Assembly (NCBI GenBank): GCA_038227875.1
Contig: JBBRPR010000028.1
Coordinates: 40,559 to 104,558, forward strand
Length of the DNA stretch: 64,000 bases
Direction of reading: 5' to 3'
From: Planctomycetota bacterium
Lineage (GTDB): Bacteria > Planctomycetota > SZUA-567 > H5-PLA8
Part shown: positions 9,406 through 20,273 of the stretch, piece by piece
Numbering within the stretch: the first letter of the stretch is position 1
How the letters are laid out: every line of letters begins with the position of its first letter
Made by a program: the position numbers and the translations under genes
The notes under the pieces: model-generated
The model's database searches: none
Seen by the model: the letters and a program-made list of their open reading frames with translations, nothing else
Told to the model about the DNA's origin: nothing

Positions 9406-12400
9406 ATGGACGGACCGCACGAACCACAAGACCTTCTCGACAAGAACATCACCAAACTGGTGCGCGGCGCGAAACCCGTCGAACCGGCGCGCGCGGGCGC
9501 TCAGGAACGCGTCTTCGGAAATGTGATGAACCGCCTCGGCGCGTCGCAGCGTCGCCAGGCCAAATCGCAATTCTGGACCATCGCCGTCGCCTCCGCCGCG
9601 TGCCTGGCACTCGGCGCGCTGTTGTTTACGCAGTTTTTTGCGCGCAAGGACGATACGTACGGCGCAGTCCCGGTGAGAGCGCCGCGCAAACTGGCCGTTC
9701 AGACCGTGCCGGTGACGCCCACACCGAATCCGGCGCCGACGCCTGAACTCGCCTCGACAGCGCAGTCGATGCAGATCGAAACGCTCGAAGAGCAAACCGC
9801 TCAACGCAAGCTCAGCGACGGCAGCGTGCTCGACGTCGCGGCCAATAGCCGCGTCGAAGTGCTCACGCCCGTCGATCCCACGCAGCGCCCGGAAGTCCGC
9901 ATCCGTTCCGGCGAAGTGAGCTTCAACATTCCGCGCGGCAATGGACGCGTGCTGATTCACTCCTCCGCCGGCGATGTGCTAGTCAACAACGCGCAGCTGA
10001 AGGTGGCCGTGGCGAAGACTACCGCACCGGTGCTGGAGCAGAACTTCAACGGCCCGCCAACAATGGCGGCGCTGGCCTCATCGGCGCCGAAAGTCGCGAT
10101 GAACGTCGCGGTAATCCGCGGCGAAGCGATTCTGCGTGAAACGATCGGCAACGAAAAGCTGCTCGTCACCGGCGATACGTCCACCGTCGGTGGACAGAAC
10201 GAAACTGCGTCCGCGGGCGTCGAGCACTGCCGCAGCGGTTCGCTGGTGCCGAAGCTCGAAGACGGCACGCAGGGCCAGCCGTTGGAAGTGCGCCGGCACA
10301 TCGTCAAAGCTTCGATCACCGAACAGATTGCGCTCGTGGAGGTCGACGAGACCTTCTACAACCCGGGTAACCAGCGCATCGAAGGAACATTCGTTTTCCC
10401 GCTGCCCCACGATGCCACGATCTGCCGCCTGGCGATGTACGTCGGCGACAATCTGATGGAAGGCGAAATCGCCGAAGCGCAGCGCGCACGCCGTACATTT
10501 GAAGCGCTGAAAGTGCAGCAGGTCGATCCGGCGCTGCTGGAATGGGCTGGCGGCAATATGTTCAAGATGCGCATCTTCCCGATTGAACCGAAGAGCGAAA
10601 AGCGCGTCCTCATCAGCTACTACGAAGTGCTGAAGAAGGACCACGGCCGCATCAACTTCAGCTACCCGCTGGCGTCGGAAGCCACGCAGAAAAGCCCGGT
10701 CGGCGAAGTCAACGTTTCCGTCACGGTCGACTCGACGCCAGAGATTCAGAACCCGACCGTCCCCGGCTACGACACTGCTGTGCTCAAGGCTGCGGCCAAC
10801 CATCTCGATGTTTCGTACGTCGCCAAAGCAGTGACGCCCGACAAGGATTTTTCGCTGACCTACCAGACAGGCAAGAACGCGCCGCTGGTCACGGTGCCCT
10901 ACTGGCATGCCAAGCGGAACGAAGGTTACTTCGTGATGATCTTCTCTCCGGAACTGGAGCAGACGTCGTCGGAGAAACATCGCCCAAGCAACTTTGTCTT
11001 CGTCGTCGACAAGTCCGGCGGACTCGGCGCGCGCCAGCTGGCGCTTGCGGTGCGCACGGTCAAGGGCGCGCTCACCTACCTCACGCCCAACGATCACTTC
11101 AGCATCGTCGCCTACGACACCGCGGCGAAGAAATTTCAGAAGGAGCTCGTGACCGCGTCGCCGAAGTCCATCTCGGAAGCCAGCACGTGGCTCGACAGCC
11201 TGGAATCGTTCGGCGCCAGCGATCTGACGCAAGCCTGGAAGGCCGCGTCCGATTTGACCACTGGCGGCACGACGCAGATCGTCTACTGCGGCAGCGGGCT
11301 CAGCTCGCTGACCAGCACGCAATCCGGAAAACTGCTGGCCGATGCCGATGCCGCCTTCACGGGAAAAGACGTGCGCGTCCACTGCCTGCCGCTGGGGACG
11401 ATGCAGGACCTGACGTTTCTCAATGAACTCGCGAAGAAGTACAGCGGCACGGTGCGCCCGATTAAAGATGCCGACGACGCCACGACCGCGACCTCGGAAC
11501 TGCTCGAAGATTTCGCCTGGCCGCTCTACAAGAATGTGCAGCTGGCCTTCGACGGCATTTCCGTGGGCGAAGTGTATCCGCTGGCGCTGCCCAACGTGAC
11601 CGCCGGCCGCCAGTTGCTGGTCTTCGGAAAATACAAGAACGCCGCGAACGGCACGGTGAAGCTGACGGCCTCCCGCGACGGCGAACCGTTCACGCAGGAA
11701 TTGAAAGTGAATCTGGGCCTGGACGCGACGCACAACTTCGTGCCGAAACTCTGGGCGACTCAGCGCATCGCGCAGTTGCAGCTCGACGTGAGCAGCGCGG
11801 CGCCGGAGGACGCCAAGCAAATCGTCAATGATGTGGTCGAGACGTCCAAGCGCTACCGCGTGATGAGCCAGTACACGTCCTTTCTGGTGCTGGAGACGGC
11901 TGAGGACTATCTGCGCTACGGCATCGAACGCCGCCCCGACGAATTCGATCCCAATGCGACACAGGATATCATTGAAGAATTGTCGGAGTTCGCGGGCGCT
12001 GCCGCGCCGCCCAAGCCTGCCGCTGCCAACGGTGAGTTCGGTGGCCTCAGGCAGCAGCAACTCCAGGGCGGCAAGGCCGGCAATGCAAAGAACGATATGA
12101 AGGATGAGCCCCAATCGGATGAATCGGAACGCCGACAGTCCTCTGGCTCCGATCGATTCGCAGCCCAGGACGCGCTGAAACGCTTGTCGAGCAACGACGG
12201 TGTTGAAGCGGGAAAATTCAAACAAGCAAATCTCCATTCCGCACTGCGAGAGACGACAGAAAAAGAGGCCAAAGCACTGGAGTGGTCCGACAGCGACAAG
12301 TCGGCCAACCGTCTGGAAGGCGGCGACGATGCCAAAGCCGAGCGTCGCAAGAGTGCAGCGGCTCCGGCACAGGCACGTCGCGGGTTGGCGCTGCAGGACA

Positions 12401-13266
12401 TCGAGACGCTGTCGTGGGAACGGCAGGATCTCTTCCCGGTGATTGACCACGCCACGCTGCCGGCCTGGAATCAGCGGAATGCGCACAGCACCGAAAAGGC
12501 CATGAAGATCCTGAAAGGTCTGAGCAGCCGCTTTGACACGCTCTCGCTCTCGGTTACGGCCTACACGCTCGACGCGAAAAAGCAGGAAGTGAAGCAGGGC
12601 CGCGAACGCGCCATCGTGCTGGACCGCACGACCGGTGCGTTCAACAGCCGGTTCATGGGCGCGGATTTCGCCGACATCTGCGACGGCAAGATCTACTACC
12701 GCCTCTTCCCGCAACTCAAGTACGCGGTGCGCAGCGCGGCGACGGAGAACGATCTGTCCGCGCTGGGCAATCAGCTTCCGGGCTACCTGATGCCGTGGGC
12801 CGAAGCGCTCGATCAGCAGTTCACCGTCAGCGTCGATCAGGATACGGAAGAGGGCGTGATCCTGCGCCTGGTCGATCGCAGCAACATCAACCGCTACACG
12901 CTGGTTTACCTTACTTCGAAGACCGGCCCGTTGACGAAGATCGAAACGTTTGAACGCCGGCGCGTGAACAACGATTTCAAAGTCGTCAACACGCAGACGG
13001 TGCTGTGCGAAGACGTCCAGACGATCGGCGATTACAAAATGCCGCTGACCTTCCGGACCGTGCAGCATAACGACACGGATGTGGTCTCCGTGGTGCGGCT
13101 GACAAATGTGAAGATCAACGAGAAGCTGACCGCCGAATCGTTCAAGCCTGAACTTAGCGCCGACTGGGCCATCCGCGATCAGGACACCCGCCCGGCGCCC
13201 GGAGAACAGCGCAGTATCAGCCCGGCCGTAAACCCGTCGCCGAATTTCGGACCGCGGCGGAACTGA
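9406..13266 (+). CDS. Anti-sigma/FecR-VIT-vWA fusion with a C-terminal LolA-like domain
   Basis: Short cytoplasmic N-terminus, TM, FecR-like LSDGSVLDVAANSRV, VIT (ETFYNPGNQRIEGTFVFPLP), vWA (FVVDKSGG), LWATQRI and SQYTSFLVLE. Confidence 0.8.
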   Translation: MDGPHEPQDLLDKNITKLVRGAKPVEPARAGAQERVFGNVMNRLGASQRRQAKSQFWTIAVASAACLALGALLFTQFFARKDDTYGAVPVRAPRKLAVQTVPVTPTPNPAPTPELASTAQSMQIETLEEQTAQRKLSDGSVLDVAANSRVEVLTPVDPTQRPEVRIRSGEVSFNIPRGNGRVLIHSSAGDVLVNNAQLKVAVAKTTAPVLEQNFNGPPTMAALASSAPKVAMNVAVIRGEAILRETIGNEKLLVTGDTSTVGGQNETASAGVEHCRSGSLVPKLEDGTQGQPLEVRRHIVKASITEQIALVEVDETFYNPGNQRIEGTFVFPLPHDATICRLAMYVGDNLMEGEIAEAQRARRTFEALKVQQVDPALLEWAGGNMFKMRIFPIEPKSEKRVLISYYEVLKKDHGRINFSYPLASEATQKSPVGEVNVSVTVDSTPEIQNPTVPGYDTAVLKAAANHLDVSYVAKAVTPDKDFSLTYQTGKNAPLVTVPYWHAKRNEGYFVMIFSPELEQTSSEKHRPSNFVFVVDKSGGLGARQLALAVRTVKGALTYLTPNDHFSIVAYDTAAKKFQKELVTASPKSISEASTWLDSLESFGASDLTQAWKAASDLTTGGTTQIVYCGSGLSSLTSTQSGKLLADADAAFTGKDVRVHCLPLGTMQDLTFLNELAKKYSGTVRPIKDADDATTATSELLEDFAWPLYKNVQLAFDGISVGEVYPLALPNVTAGRQLLVFGKYKNAANGTVKLTASRDGEPFTQELKVNLGLDATHNFVPKLWATQRIAQLQLDVSSAAPEDAKQIVNDVVETSKRYRVMSQYTSFLVLETAEDYLRYGIERRPDEFDPNATQDIIEELSEFAGAAAPPKPAAANGEFGGLRQQQLQGGKAGNAKNDMKDEPQSDESERRQSSGSDRFAAQDALKRLSSNDGVEAGKFKQANLHSALRETTEKEAKALEWSDSDKSANRLEGGDDAKAERRKSAAAPAQARRGLALQDIETLSWERQDLFPVIDHATLPAWNQRNAHSTEKAMKILKGLSSRFDTLSLSVTAYTLDAKKQEVKQGRERAIVLDRTTGAFNSRFMGADFADICDGKIYYRLFPQLKYAVRSAATENDLSALGNQLPGYLMPWAEALDQQFTVSVDQDTEEGVILRLVDRSNINRYTLVYLTSKTGPLTKIETFERRRVNNDFKVVNTQTVLCEDVQTIGDYKMPLTFRTVQHNDTDVVSVVRLTNVKINEKLTAESFKPELSADWAIRDQDTRPAPGEQRSISPAVNPSPNFGPRRN

Positions 13267-13348
13267 AGTTGAGCGTGTATGAGCCGGCCGCGCGAACGGG
13301 TGTTAAGCACCCGTTTGCGCATGAACGAACACTCCACGAGGAACTGCG

Positions 13349-16300
13349 ATGCGAAGCCTGCGAATTCTACACCTGCTGTTTCTGATGAGTGGCGTCGCGC
13401 TGGCGTGCCCTCTCGCGCGTGCCGAATCGCAGGCCGGAGCACAGGCCAAGCTGGCCGATCCGGCGACGGAGGCCAATGCGCTCTTCTCGCTCACGTTCTT
13501 CTTCGAACAGGCCGGCCGGCCATTCTCGGCGTTGAAAGCCATTGAGAAAGCGATTGCGAAGGACGGCAATATTCCGGGTTACTATGCGCGGCAGGGCCAG
13601 TTGTTCTTGTCGCGCAAACGCACGCGCGAAGCGGCGGCGGCGTATGGCCGCGCCGCGGACATGGATCCGGCGACCAAATCGTTCCGCGCTGCGCAGGCGC
13701 GCGCGCTGGTGAGTTGCTCGATGTTTAAAGAAGCTGCGGCGGCATGGGATCAGCTGCTGCAGCCAGCGACCGATTCAAAGGAAATTCTCGACGCCGCGCG
13801 CAATGTCGCGGAATTGCGCCAGAAGACCGGCGACCTCAGCGCCGCTGAAAAGGCATGGCAGACCGCGTTTGAAAAATTGTCGAACTGGGACGAACGGCTC
13901 CAGGCCGCGGATGCCGAGGCCGCGATCCTGATGCTGGAACGGGCCGAAGATCGCGCCGTGGCGTTCTGGGGCGCATGGCAGGCCAGCGAGACCGACTGGC
14001 AGAAGCGCTCGACGTTAGCAGGAAAAATGGCCGCTTGCGCGCAAAGCGCCGCGTCCGCCGAATCGCGCGAGCACATCCGCGCGGCGTGGGCGGCGCTGCT
14101 GGCTTCCGCGCCCAATGCCGGCAACAAACAGGCGGCCGCCGGCGAGCTGGGCAGCCTGCTGCTTAAGGACAATCAAGCCGCGGAAGCGCTGAAACTCGTC
14201 ACGCCGCTGATCTACGGCCCGCCCGCTGTAGACCTGCGTCTGGCAGCCATTGCGGATGTGGCGCTGGCTGAACAGGGCGACACCGCCGCGCAGATCATGC
14301 TCTGGCGCGACTGCGTCGCCGCCAAACCCCCATACGCCGTGCGCAGCGAGGCCATCAACAGGCTCGTGCCGCTGTTGAAGGATCCCGTTGTCATCACTGC
14401 GCTGCGCCGGGAGGCTGTGGCTGCCTACCCCAACGATGCGCCGCCACAGTTGGACCTGGCGCAGGCGCTGACGACGGAGAAAAAATTCGCCGAAGCCGCC
14501 GACGTCACGTACGCGGTCTTTGCGCAGGCGAGATCCGGCAACAAAAATAACTCCCGCAATGAAATCCAATATTGGGACACCGTCGTCAATGCCTTCGCCA
14601 ACGCTCAGGATACGGCGCGGTTGGGTAAGGTAATTGGCGCGGAGTTCCAGGGCCTGGATATGTGGCGTGTCCAGAATTGGATGAGTTCAATTCAATCGAT
14701 TTGCGGAGAAACACCCGCAATCGCGCTGGCCGAGCAGCTCGCAACAGGGGCCAATGGCACGCATGGCATGGCGCGGCTGGGCGCAGCGCAGTACTTGCTC
14801 AACGTCTACCTCGACCACGCGCGCGTCCTGCTCGAAGCCATCGCCAGCGACACCCGCTTGCCCGTCGAAGACCGTCGCCAGGCGCTGGAACAGCTGGGAA
14901 ATTACGCCATGACACCGGGCGATCACGTGGCGTTGCTGCTGCGCTCGGTGAACCTCGGCGGTGATTTCTGGCGGCGCTGGAATTCCTACAATCAGCTCGG
15001 CATGTACATGGGCATGGATGGGCAGATCGCCGAAGGCATTGAGATGGTGCGCGGTGCGCGCAAGGTCGCCGAGAACAACCAGACGCCCGCCCCCCAGGCC
15101 TTGCGGGCGCTGGGCAGTGGGATTTTTCAGAATCAGGTAGTCGGGCGCGGGCTGCGCACGACGGAAGGCCTTTCTGCGGCCATCGACGCGACGATCAAGT
15201 TTTATCAGGAAGCGTCGGGCGATCCATACTACCAGGGCTGCTTCGACGATCTCTGCCGCAACCTTGCCGAACTGAAATCGCGCCGCGGCGACACGGCCGG
15301 CGCAATCGACCTGCTTCACACGCTCTGCGGCGCGCGCGAAAATCCGGCGCTGCGACTGGCTGCCGCCGACCTGATTTCACGCCGCAGCGTCAACAACACC
15401 GAGGCGCTCTGGGCCGAGTATCTCGCTTACATCGACGCGTCGCGCCATCTCTACGCCGAAAGCTTGCGCGCCAACAACCGCAATCACTACTTCACCAACT
15501 TCGACGATCGCGTCGTGAAGTTCATTGCCAAAGAGAAAAAAGAGAAAGCGCTGGCGGACCATTTTGACGCGGTCTTGAACGATAAGCAGAATGGTGAACG
15601 CGAAGCGGCCGCCGATGTGCTGCTCTCCTATCAGCGCAACAACAATGCGCCGGCCGACATGGTCGCCACGCTCGCGCGCCTGAAGACTCTGGGCATCACC
15701 GGGCCGTTTTACGATCAGCAGCGCCAGTGGGCCGACGCGGCAGTGAAACTCAACAACGCTGGCAGCCGCGCCGACGCGCAACGCCGCGAGCAGCTGTTGA
15801 AAGACGTCGACAATTGGAAAGGAATCTTCGCGGCCAATCCGGAGGATTACCAGGCGGCCTTCAACATCTACAAATCGCTGCAGTTGCTCGGCCGCACCAC
15901 CGACGGCCGGCCGTTCCTGGAACAGGCGCTGAAAGTCGCGCCCGGCGATCCGCTCGTACTGGAAATCCACGCGCGTGAGTTGATGCTCGACAAGGCCTAC
16001 GGCGACGCGGCGAAAGAGTTGAAGCTTGCGGCCACGACGGCCGGACGGATTGACGACGTCGAAGCGACCATCGCGTCGGCGTACGAATTGTCCGGACACT
16101 CCATCGAAGCGATCAAGCTCTCGCTCGATGCCTTGGAACGCGGCGTCAACAACGGCCAGGGCATCCGCTCGACGCAGGAGCTTCAGGATCTTGCCGAGCG
16201 CACCAACGCCCTCGATTTCCTCAAGACGGAATTGACGCAACGCCTGCAGGCGGCGAAGGAGCGCAAACAGGTTCCGTCCGAAATGATGGCGAACCTCGCG

Positions 16301-18538
16301 TTGAATGTCGCATGGGAGCGCAACGATACAGCGTTGGCGACGCTGGCCGTCGACGCGGTGCTCACACTGGCGTGGCAGCCCTCGTACGAGTGGCAGGCCG
16401 AATGGCAATGGCAGCAGTTGGCCCAGACAGCGCAGGAGCGTCGCCATTTGGAGGACGCCATTCGCATCCACCAGGCGTTGCAGACAGCCAAAACCAACCG
16501 GCACGAGCAGCCCAACGAATACGAGTACCGCAACCTCGCCACATTGATGCTGCAGGCCGGGCATGCCGAGGATGCCGCGGAGTTGATGTTCGGCGCACTG
16601 GCGCAGGCGTCGCGGCCGCCGGAAGCTTTCGGCGAACAGAGCGGGCAGCCCGTGCTGTGGAATGTGAAAGGAAACGTGCGTCGCGATGAAGGCCGCCGCT
16701 CGCAGCGCAGCCGGCCTGCACCGCATCAAGCGGGTTCCGATCGCCGCGTCTGGATTGCCGGAATTATTGAAATGGCCGCGCGCGAAGTGGACGGCGGCGC
16801 CGACACATTCCGCAAGGCCAGCGGCGATCGTTTCACCGCTCTGATCGACGAAGAACTGAAGGACATCGCCAACAGTGCGCTGGCCAACGTTCAGAACGCC
16901 GTGCCGCTGGGTCTGCGTGACCGCGTGGAGACGGCACTGCGCGACGCGAGCCAGGCACCCACGGCGACGGCCGATACGTTTGTCAGTCTCGCAACGTGGC
17001 GCATGATGCTGGCCGACTACGAAGCCGATCACAAACTACCGCGCGCGATCAAACTCGAGGACATCGTTCCGGTCGGCAAAGCCGCCATCGATCACGCCGC
17101 TGACAGGGAAAAAGTGCGTGTCAGCCTCGTGATTGCGAATCTGTATCAGGCCCAATTCAATCGCGCTTCCGAACTGCGCCTTCCCGGAATCACCGCGGAA
17201 TTGGTACTGAGCGCGTACGATGCCGCGCCGGGTCTTGAGACACTCCGTCCTGCGCTTCAGTTTGCGAAAAACGCCGGCCTCACCGCACGCCACCTGGCGT
17301 ATGCGCAACAGCTCCACGCCACGTTCCCGGAATCGTTCTCCGACGCCACGACCCTCGCCGACGCTCACCTTCTTATGGGCGATAGCGCCAGTGCTGCCGG
17401 CGTCCTCAAGCCTTACCTGGAGAGCCGCAATCAGGAGGCATCGTACACACAGGCCGCGCAATTGTTTCTCGTGCCGCGGGGCGACAAAGTCGACGCGGGC
17501 ACCTGGCCGGTTGCCGCCGAGTACTTCTCAAAGGCCATCGCGCTGCACCAGGCCGCCGTCGGCACGCAGTTGGACGCGCAGGGCAAAGTGCTACCCGACG
17601 CCGCGTGCGCGGAGCTGCAGAGCCAGCTCTGCACGGTGCTGGCGCACAGCGGAAAGTTTGATGCGGCGCTCACTACGCTCTCCGATGCCGCCGCCAACGA
17701 CGCCAACAATCCCTGGCGCCACGACCGCATCGTGACGCTCGCGGAGATCTTCAAGAAGGCCGGCAAGCTGAGCGATCTGGCTGCGGCGCTCGATACCAAC
17801 GTCTCCGCGCAGCCGCGCAACGTGGCGCTGCGTCTGGCGTGCGCGGATGTCGCGGAGATCTCCGGCGACGATGTTGCGGCGCTTGACGCGCTGAGCGTGG
17901 CCAAGGCGATTTCCCCGGACCTTTCCACCGTTAAACGCCTGATCGCACAGCAGCGCAAGATGGGCAAGAACGCCGACGCGCTGGCCGAATGCAAAGTCTG
18001 GTCGGCCAATTTCTCCAGCGATGAAGAAGCGCACCAGACGCTCGCCGCGATTTACAAGGACCTGCACGACGACGCCGGCGAACTCCAGGCGCTGACGATG
18101 CTGGTCGAAAGCGCGCCGCGCGAAGCCGTGCAGTGCCGCAAGGTCGCGGTGATGTTCGCCGCGCGCAATGATTACGTTCGCGCGCGTTCGTTGCTGGAAC
18201 GCGCCGTCGAACTGCGCTCGGAGGAACCCTACCGCGTGATCGATCTGGCCGAAGTCTGTTTCCTGGCTGGCGATTTCGCGCGCGCTGAACAGCTCTGCTC
18301 GGACGCCCTGGCCCGCGATTGGACGAAGGGACTCAGCCCCGCGCTGCTGGCGCGGATGCCGCGCTGGAAGGGTACGTTTGAGGACCGCGCGCATGCGATA
18401 CTCGCCGATGCGTACCAGGCGCAACAGCAGACCGACAAAGCCGCGCACGAGCGGATGCTGCTGCCGCCGAATTACCAGCGTCCGCCATTGGCGGATGCGG
18501 TGCCGGTGCTTGCGCGGAACGGCTTTGCGCCGCGCTGA
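13349..18538 (+). CDS. Large secreted TPR-repeat protein
   Basis: 1729 aa with a signal peptide and many Ala/Leu-rich TPR-like helical repeats. GAGG RBS. Confidence 0.8.
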   Translation: MRSLRILHLLFLMSGVALACPLARAESQAGAQAKLADPATEANALFSLTFFFEQAGRPFSALKAIEKAIAKDGNIPGYYARQGQLFLSRKRTREAAAAYGRAADMDPATKSFRAAQARALVSCSMFKEAAAAWDQLLQPATDSKEILDAARNVAELRQKTGDLSAAEKAWQTAFEKLSNWDERLQAADAEAAILMLERAEDRAVAFWGAWQASETDWQKRSTLAGKMAACAQSAASAESREHIRAAWAALLASAPNAGNKQAAAGELGSLLLKDNQAAEALKLVTPLIYGPPAVDLRLAAIADVALAEQGDTAAQIMLWRDCVAAKPPYAVRSEAINRLVPLLKDPVVITALRREAVAAYPNDAPPQLDLAQALTTEKKFAEAADVTYAVFAQARSGNKNNSRNEIQYWDTVVNAFANAQDTARLGKVIGAEFQGLDMWRVQNWMSSIQSICGETPAIALAEQLATGANGTHGMARLGAAQYLLNVYLDHARVLLEAIASDTRLPVEDRRQALEQLGNYAMTPGDHVALLLRSVNLGGDFWRRWNSYNQLGMYMGMDGQIAEGIEMVRGARKVAENNQTPAPQALRALGSGIFQNQVVGRGLRTTEGLSAAIDATIKFYQEASGDPYYQGCFDDLCRNLAELKSRRGDTAGAIDLLHTLCGARENPALRLAAADLISRRSVNNTEALWAEYLAYIDASRHLYAESLRANNRNHYFTNFDDRVVKFIAKEKKEKALADHFDAVLNDKQNGEREAAADVLLSYQRNNNAPADMVATLARLKTLGITGPFYDQQRQWADAAVKLNNAGSRADAQRREQLLKDVDNWKGIFAANPEDYQAAFNIYKSLQLLGRTTDGRPFLEQALKVAPGDPLVLEIHARELMLDKAYGDAAKELKLAATTAGRIDDVEATIASAYELSGHSIEAIKLSLDALERGVNNGQGIRSTQELQDLAERTNALDFLKTELTQRLQAAKERKQVPSEMMANLALNVAWERNDTALATLAVDAVLTLAWQPSYEWQAEWQWQQLAQTAQERRHLEDAIRIHQALQTAKTNRHEQPNEYEYRNLATLMLQAGHAEDAAELMFGALAQASRPPEAFGEQSGQPVLWNVKGNVRRDEGRRSQRSRPAPHQAGSDRRVWIAGIIEMAAREVDGGADTFRKASGDRFTALIDEELKDIANSALANVQNAVPLGLRDRVETALRDASQAPTATADTFVSLATWRMMLADYEADHKLPRAIKLEDIVPVGKAAIDHAADREKVRVSLVIANLYQAQFNRASELRLPGITAELVLSAYDAAPGLETLRPALQFAKNAGLTARHLAYAQQLHATFPESFSDATTLADAHLLMGDSASAAGVLKPYLESRNQEASYTQAAQLFLVPRGDKVDAGTWPVAAEYFSKAIALHQAAVGTQLDAQGKVLPDAACAELQSQLCTVLAHSGKFDAALTTLSDAAANDANNPWRHDRIVTLAEIFKKAGKLSDLAAALDTNVSAQPRNVALRLACADVAEISGDDVAALDALSVAKAISPDLSTVKRLIAQQRKMGKNADALAECKVWSANFSSDEEAHQTLAAIYKDLHDDAGELQALTMLVESAPREAVQCRKVAVMFAARNDYVRARSLLERAVELRSEEPYRVIDLAEVCFLAGDFARAEQLCSDALARDWTKGLSPALLARMPRWKGTFEDRAHAILADAYQAQQQTDKAAHERMLLPPNYQRPPLADAVPVLARNGFAPR

Positions 18539-18661
18539 GTGAATGAAAGCACATTTTAATAACGCAGCTTTATTTCGGGACCCTCCGGCAAATTTGCCGG
18601 AGGTAGAATCTACCACGCCGACCTTCGTTCAAATTTGACCGAAGTTCAACGCGTAACGCAG

Positions 18662-18760
18662 GGATGAATGAAGTTCTTCACTTACGCATAGAACTTCATG
18701 CATCCATGGCACCCTTGCCTTCCGCGTGCGTTTTTGAATTTTGAATTATTAATTTTGAAT
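18662..18760. repeat. Intergenic hairpin followed by TTTTGAA heptamer repeats
   Basis: ggatgaatgaagttct…agaacttcatgcatcc imperfect stem, then ttttgaattttgaattattaattttgaatt. The reverse-complement heptamer run recurs at 26361-26390. Confidence 0.5.
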
Positions 18761-18880
18761 TCGCCGCACGCGCACGTCTATCTGCAAAGTTCAACCTGCG
18801 CCGGGACTTGCGGCACGTCGCCGCGGCAATTACAGTCTTCAGCTCAGGTGCTTTTACACATAGCGGAGATCACCCCACGC

Positions 18881-20254
18881 ATGCCCGGTCGCACTGTCGT
18901 TCTGAAATCGATGGCTCTGGTTCTGATGCTGCTGGCCGTCGGCGCGCGCGCCGCGGATACGTCCGCGCCCTCGGCGACGCTCACCAGCGCCCCGAACGTG
19001 AACAATTCCAACGCGGCCAGCTACTCGTCCTCGCCTTACCTCTTTACGGTCACGTACTCTGACGACACCGCCATCGATGCGACGACGTTTGGCAACGATA
19101 ATATTCTCGTCTCCGGAGCCAAAGGCTCGACGACGCTGGCGACGTTCGTCTCCGCGACGCCGGCCGGCAACGGCACGCCGATCATCGCCACGTATCAGTT
19201 CTCGCCCCCCGGCGGCGTGACGAATTTCGGCAACGACGACGCGTACTCGATTTCCATTCAGCCCACGCAGGTGAAGGACACCTCCGCCAAACCCGTGCCC
19301 ACTGGCAAGCTCGGCGCATTCACGATCAGCATTCTCACCATCACCAGCGCGCCCACCGCAACCCCGATGACCGTACAGACCGGCCAGACGGTGCAGTTCG
19401 TCGCCGCCGCGTCCGGTCTGGGCAACCTGACCTATACGTGGGATTTCAGGGATGGCATCACGACTACCGGAACGCCGAGCCTGACGGGCACGACCAACAC
19501 CACCAGCCACGTCTATCTGGTGACCGGCACGTTTCCGGTCCAACTGACGGTCTCTGATGCGTTTGGCCAGAGCGTCACCGACACGGTGACGGTCACGGTG
19601 ACCACGAACACCGGCACCAATCCCGGCACGCCAGGAACGCCCGGGGTGCCCGTGGCTGGCGCGGAAGATCCCGATGCGGATGCCGACGCTGACGGCTTCA
19701 ACAACGGCATCGAAACCGCGCTGGGCAGCGACGCGCTGAACCCCGCCTCGACGCCATTTTCGCTGAAAGCCAACCCGTTGCCCAACGGCGTCTTCTACAT
19801 CAACCACCTGATCGTGAACCTGGTCTTCAACAAGGCCAGCAGCGACCAGATTTACATGACCGGAACGCTGCAGCGCACGAAACAATTCGTGTTCAATCAG
19901 ACCACGGTGATTGTGGACATCGGCCACGTGGTCCGCGCGTTTCAGCTCGATTCCGGCGGCTCGGCGGTGAATTCGGTTTTCTCCAACGGCCAGGTGAATT
20001 CGATCGACGACTCGCTGGTGTTGAAGCGGCAGAAGAACGGCAAGAAGGTGAATTTTCAACTGCGCATCGGCAACGGCAATTTCCAGAAGCAGTTTGCGTC
20101 TGAAAAGACACCCGACCAGGTCCTGACGCTCGACCCCGGCAAGACGCACATCCGCAATGTCCGCGCGACAATCTATATCAACAACTTCGTCTTCCAGACC
20201 ACCAACAAGGCGCGTTACTTCGTCAACGACATGCAGGGAAAATACGGGCGCTGA
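18881..20254 (+). CDS. Secreted PKD-domain protein with an acidic Ca-binding-like repeat
   Basis: Signal peptide (MALVLMLLAVGARAA), PKD (TYTWDFRDG…HVYLVTGTFPVQLTVSD) and DADADGFNNGIE…GSD. Start is 18881 or 18911. Confidence 0.8.
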   Translation: MPGRTVVLKSMALVLMLLAVGARAADTSAPSATLTSAPNVNNSNAASYSSSPYLFTVTYSDDTAIDATTFGNDNILVSGAKGSTTLATFVSATPAGNGTPIIATYQFSPPGGVTNFGNDDAYSISIQPTQVKDTSAKPVPTGKLGAFTISILTITSAPTATPMTVQTGQTVQFVAAASGLGNLTYTWDFRDGITTTGTPSLTGTTNTTSHVYLVTGTFPVQLTVSDAFGQSVTDTVTVTVTTNTGTNPGTPGTPGVPVAGAEDPDADADADGFNNGIETALGSDALNPASTPFSLKANPLPNGVFYINHLIVNLVFNKASSDQIYMTGTLQRTKQFVFNQTTVIVDIGHVVRAFQLDSGGSAVNSVFSNGQVNSIDDSLVLKRQKNGKKVNFQLRIGNGNFQKQFASEKTPDQVLTLDPGKTHIRNVRATIYINNFVFQTTNKARYFVNDMQGKYGR

Positions 20255-20273
20255 TATCAGCGCTCGCGTGGCC

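Noticed and set aside
10078..13068. 996-aa antisense ORF, and similar long antisense ORFs elsewhere
   Set aside because: Mirror frame of the VIT/vWA gene with no recognisable domain.
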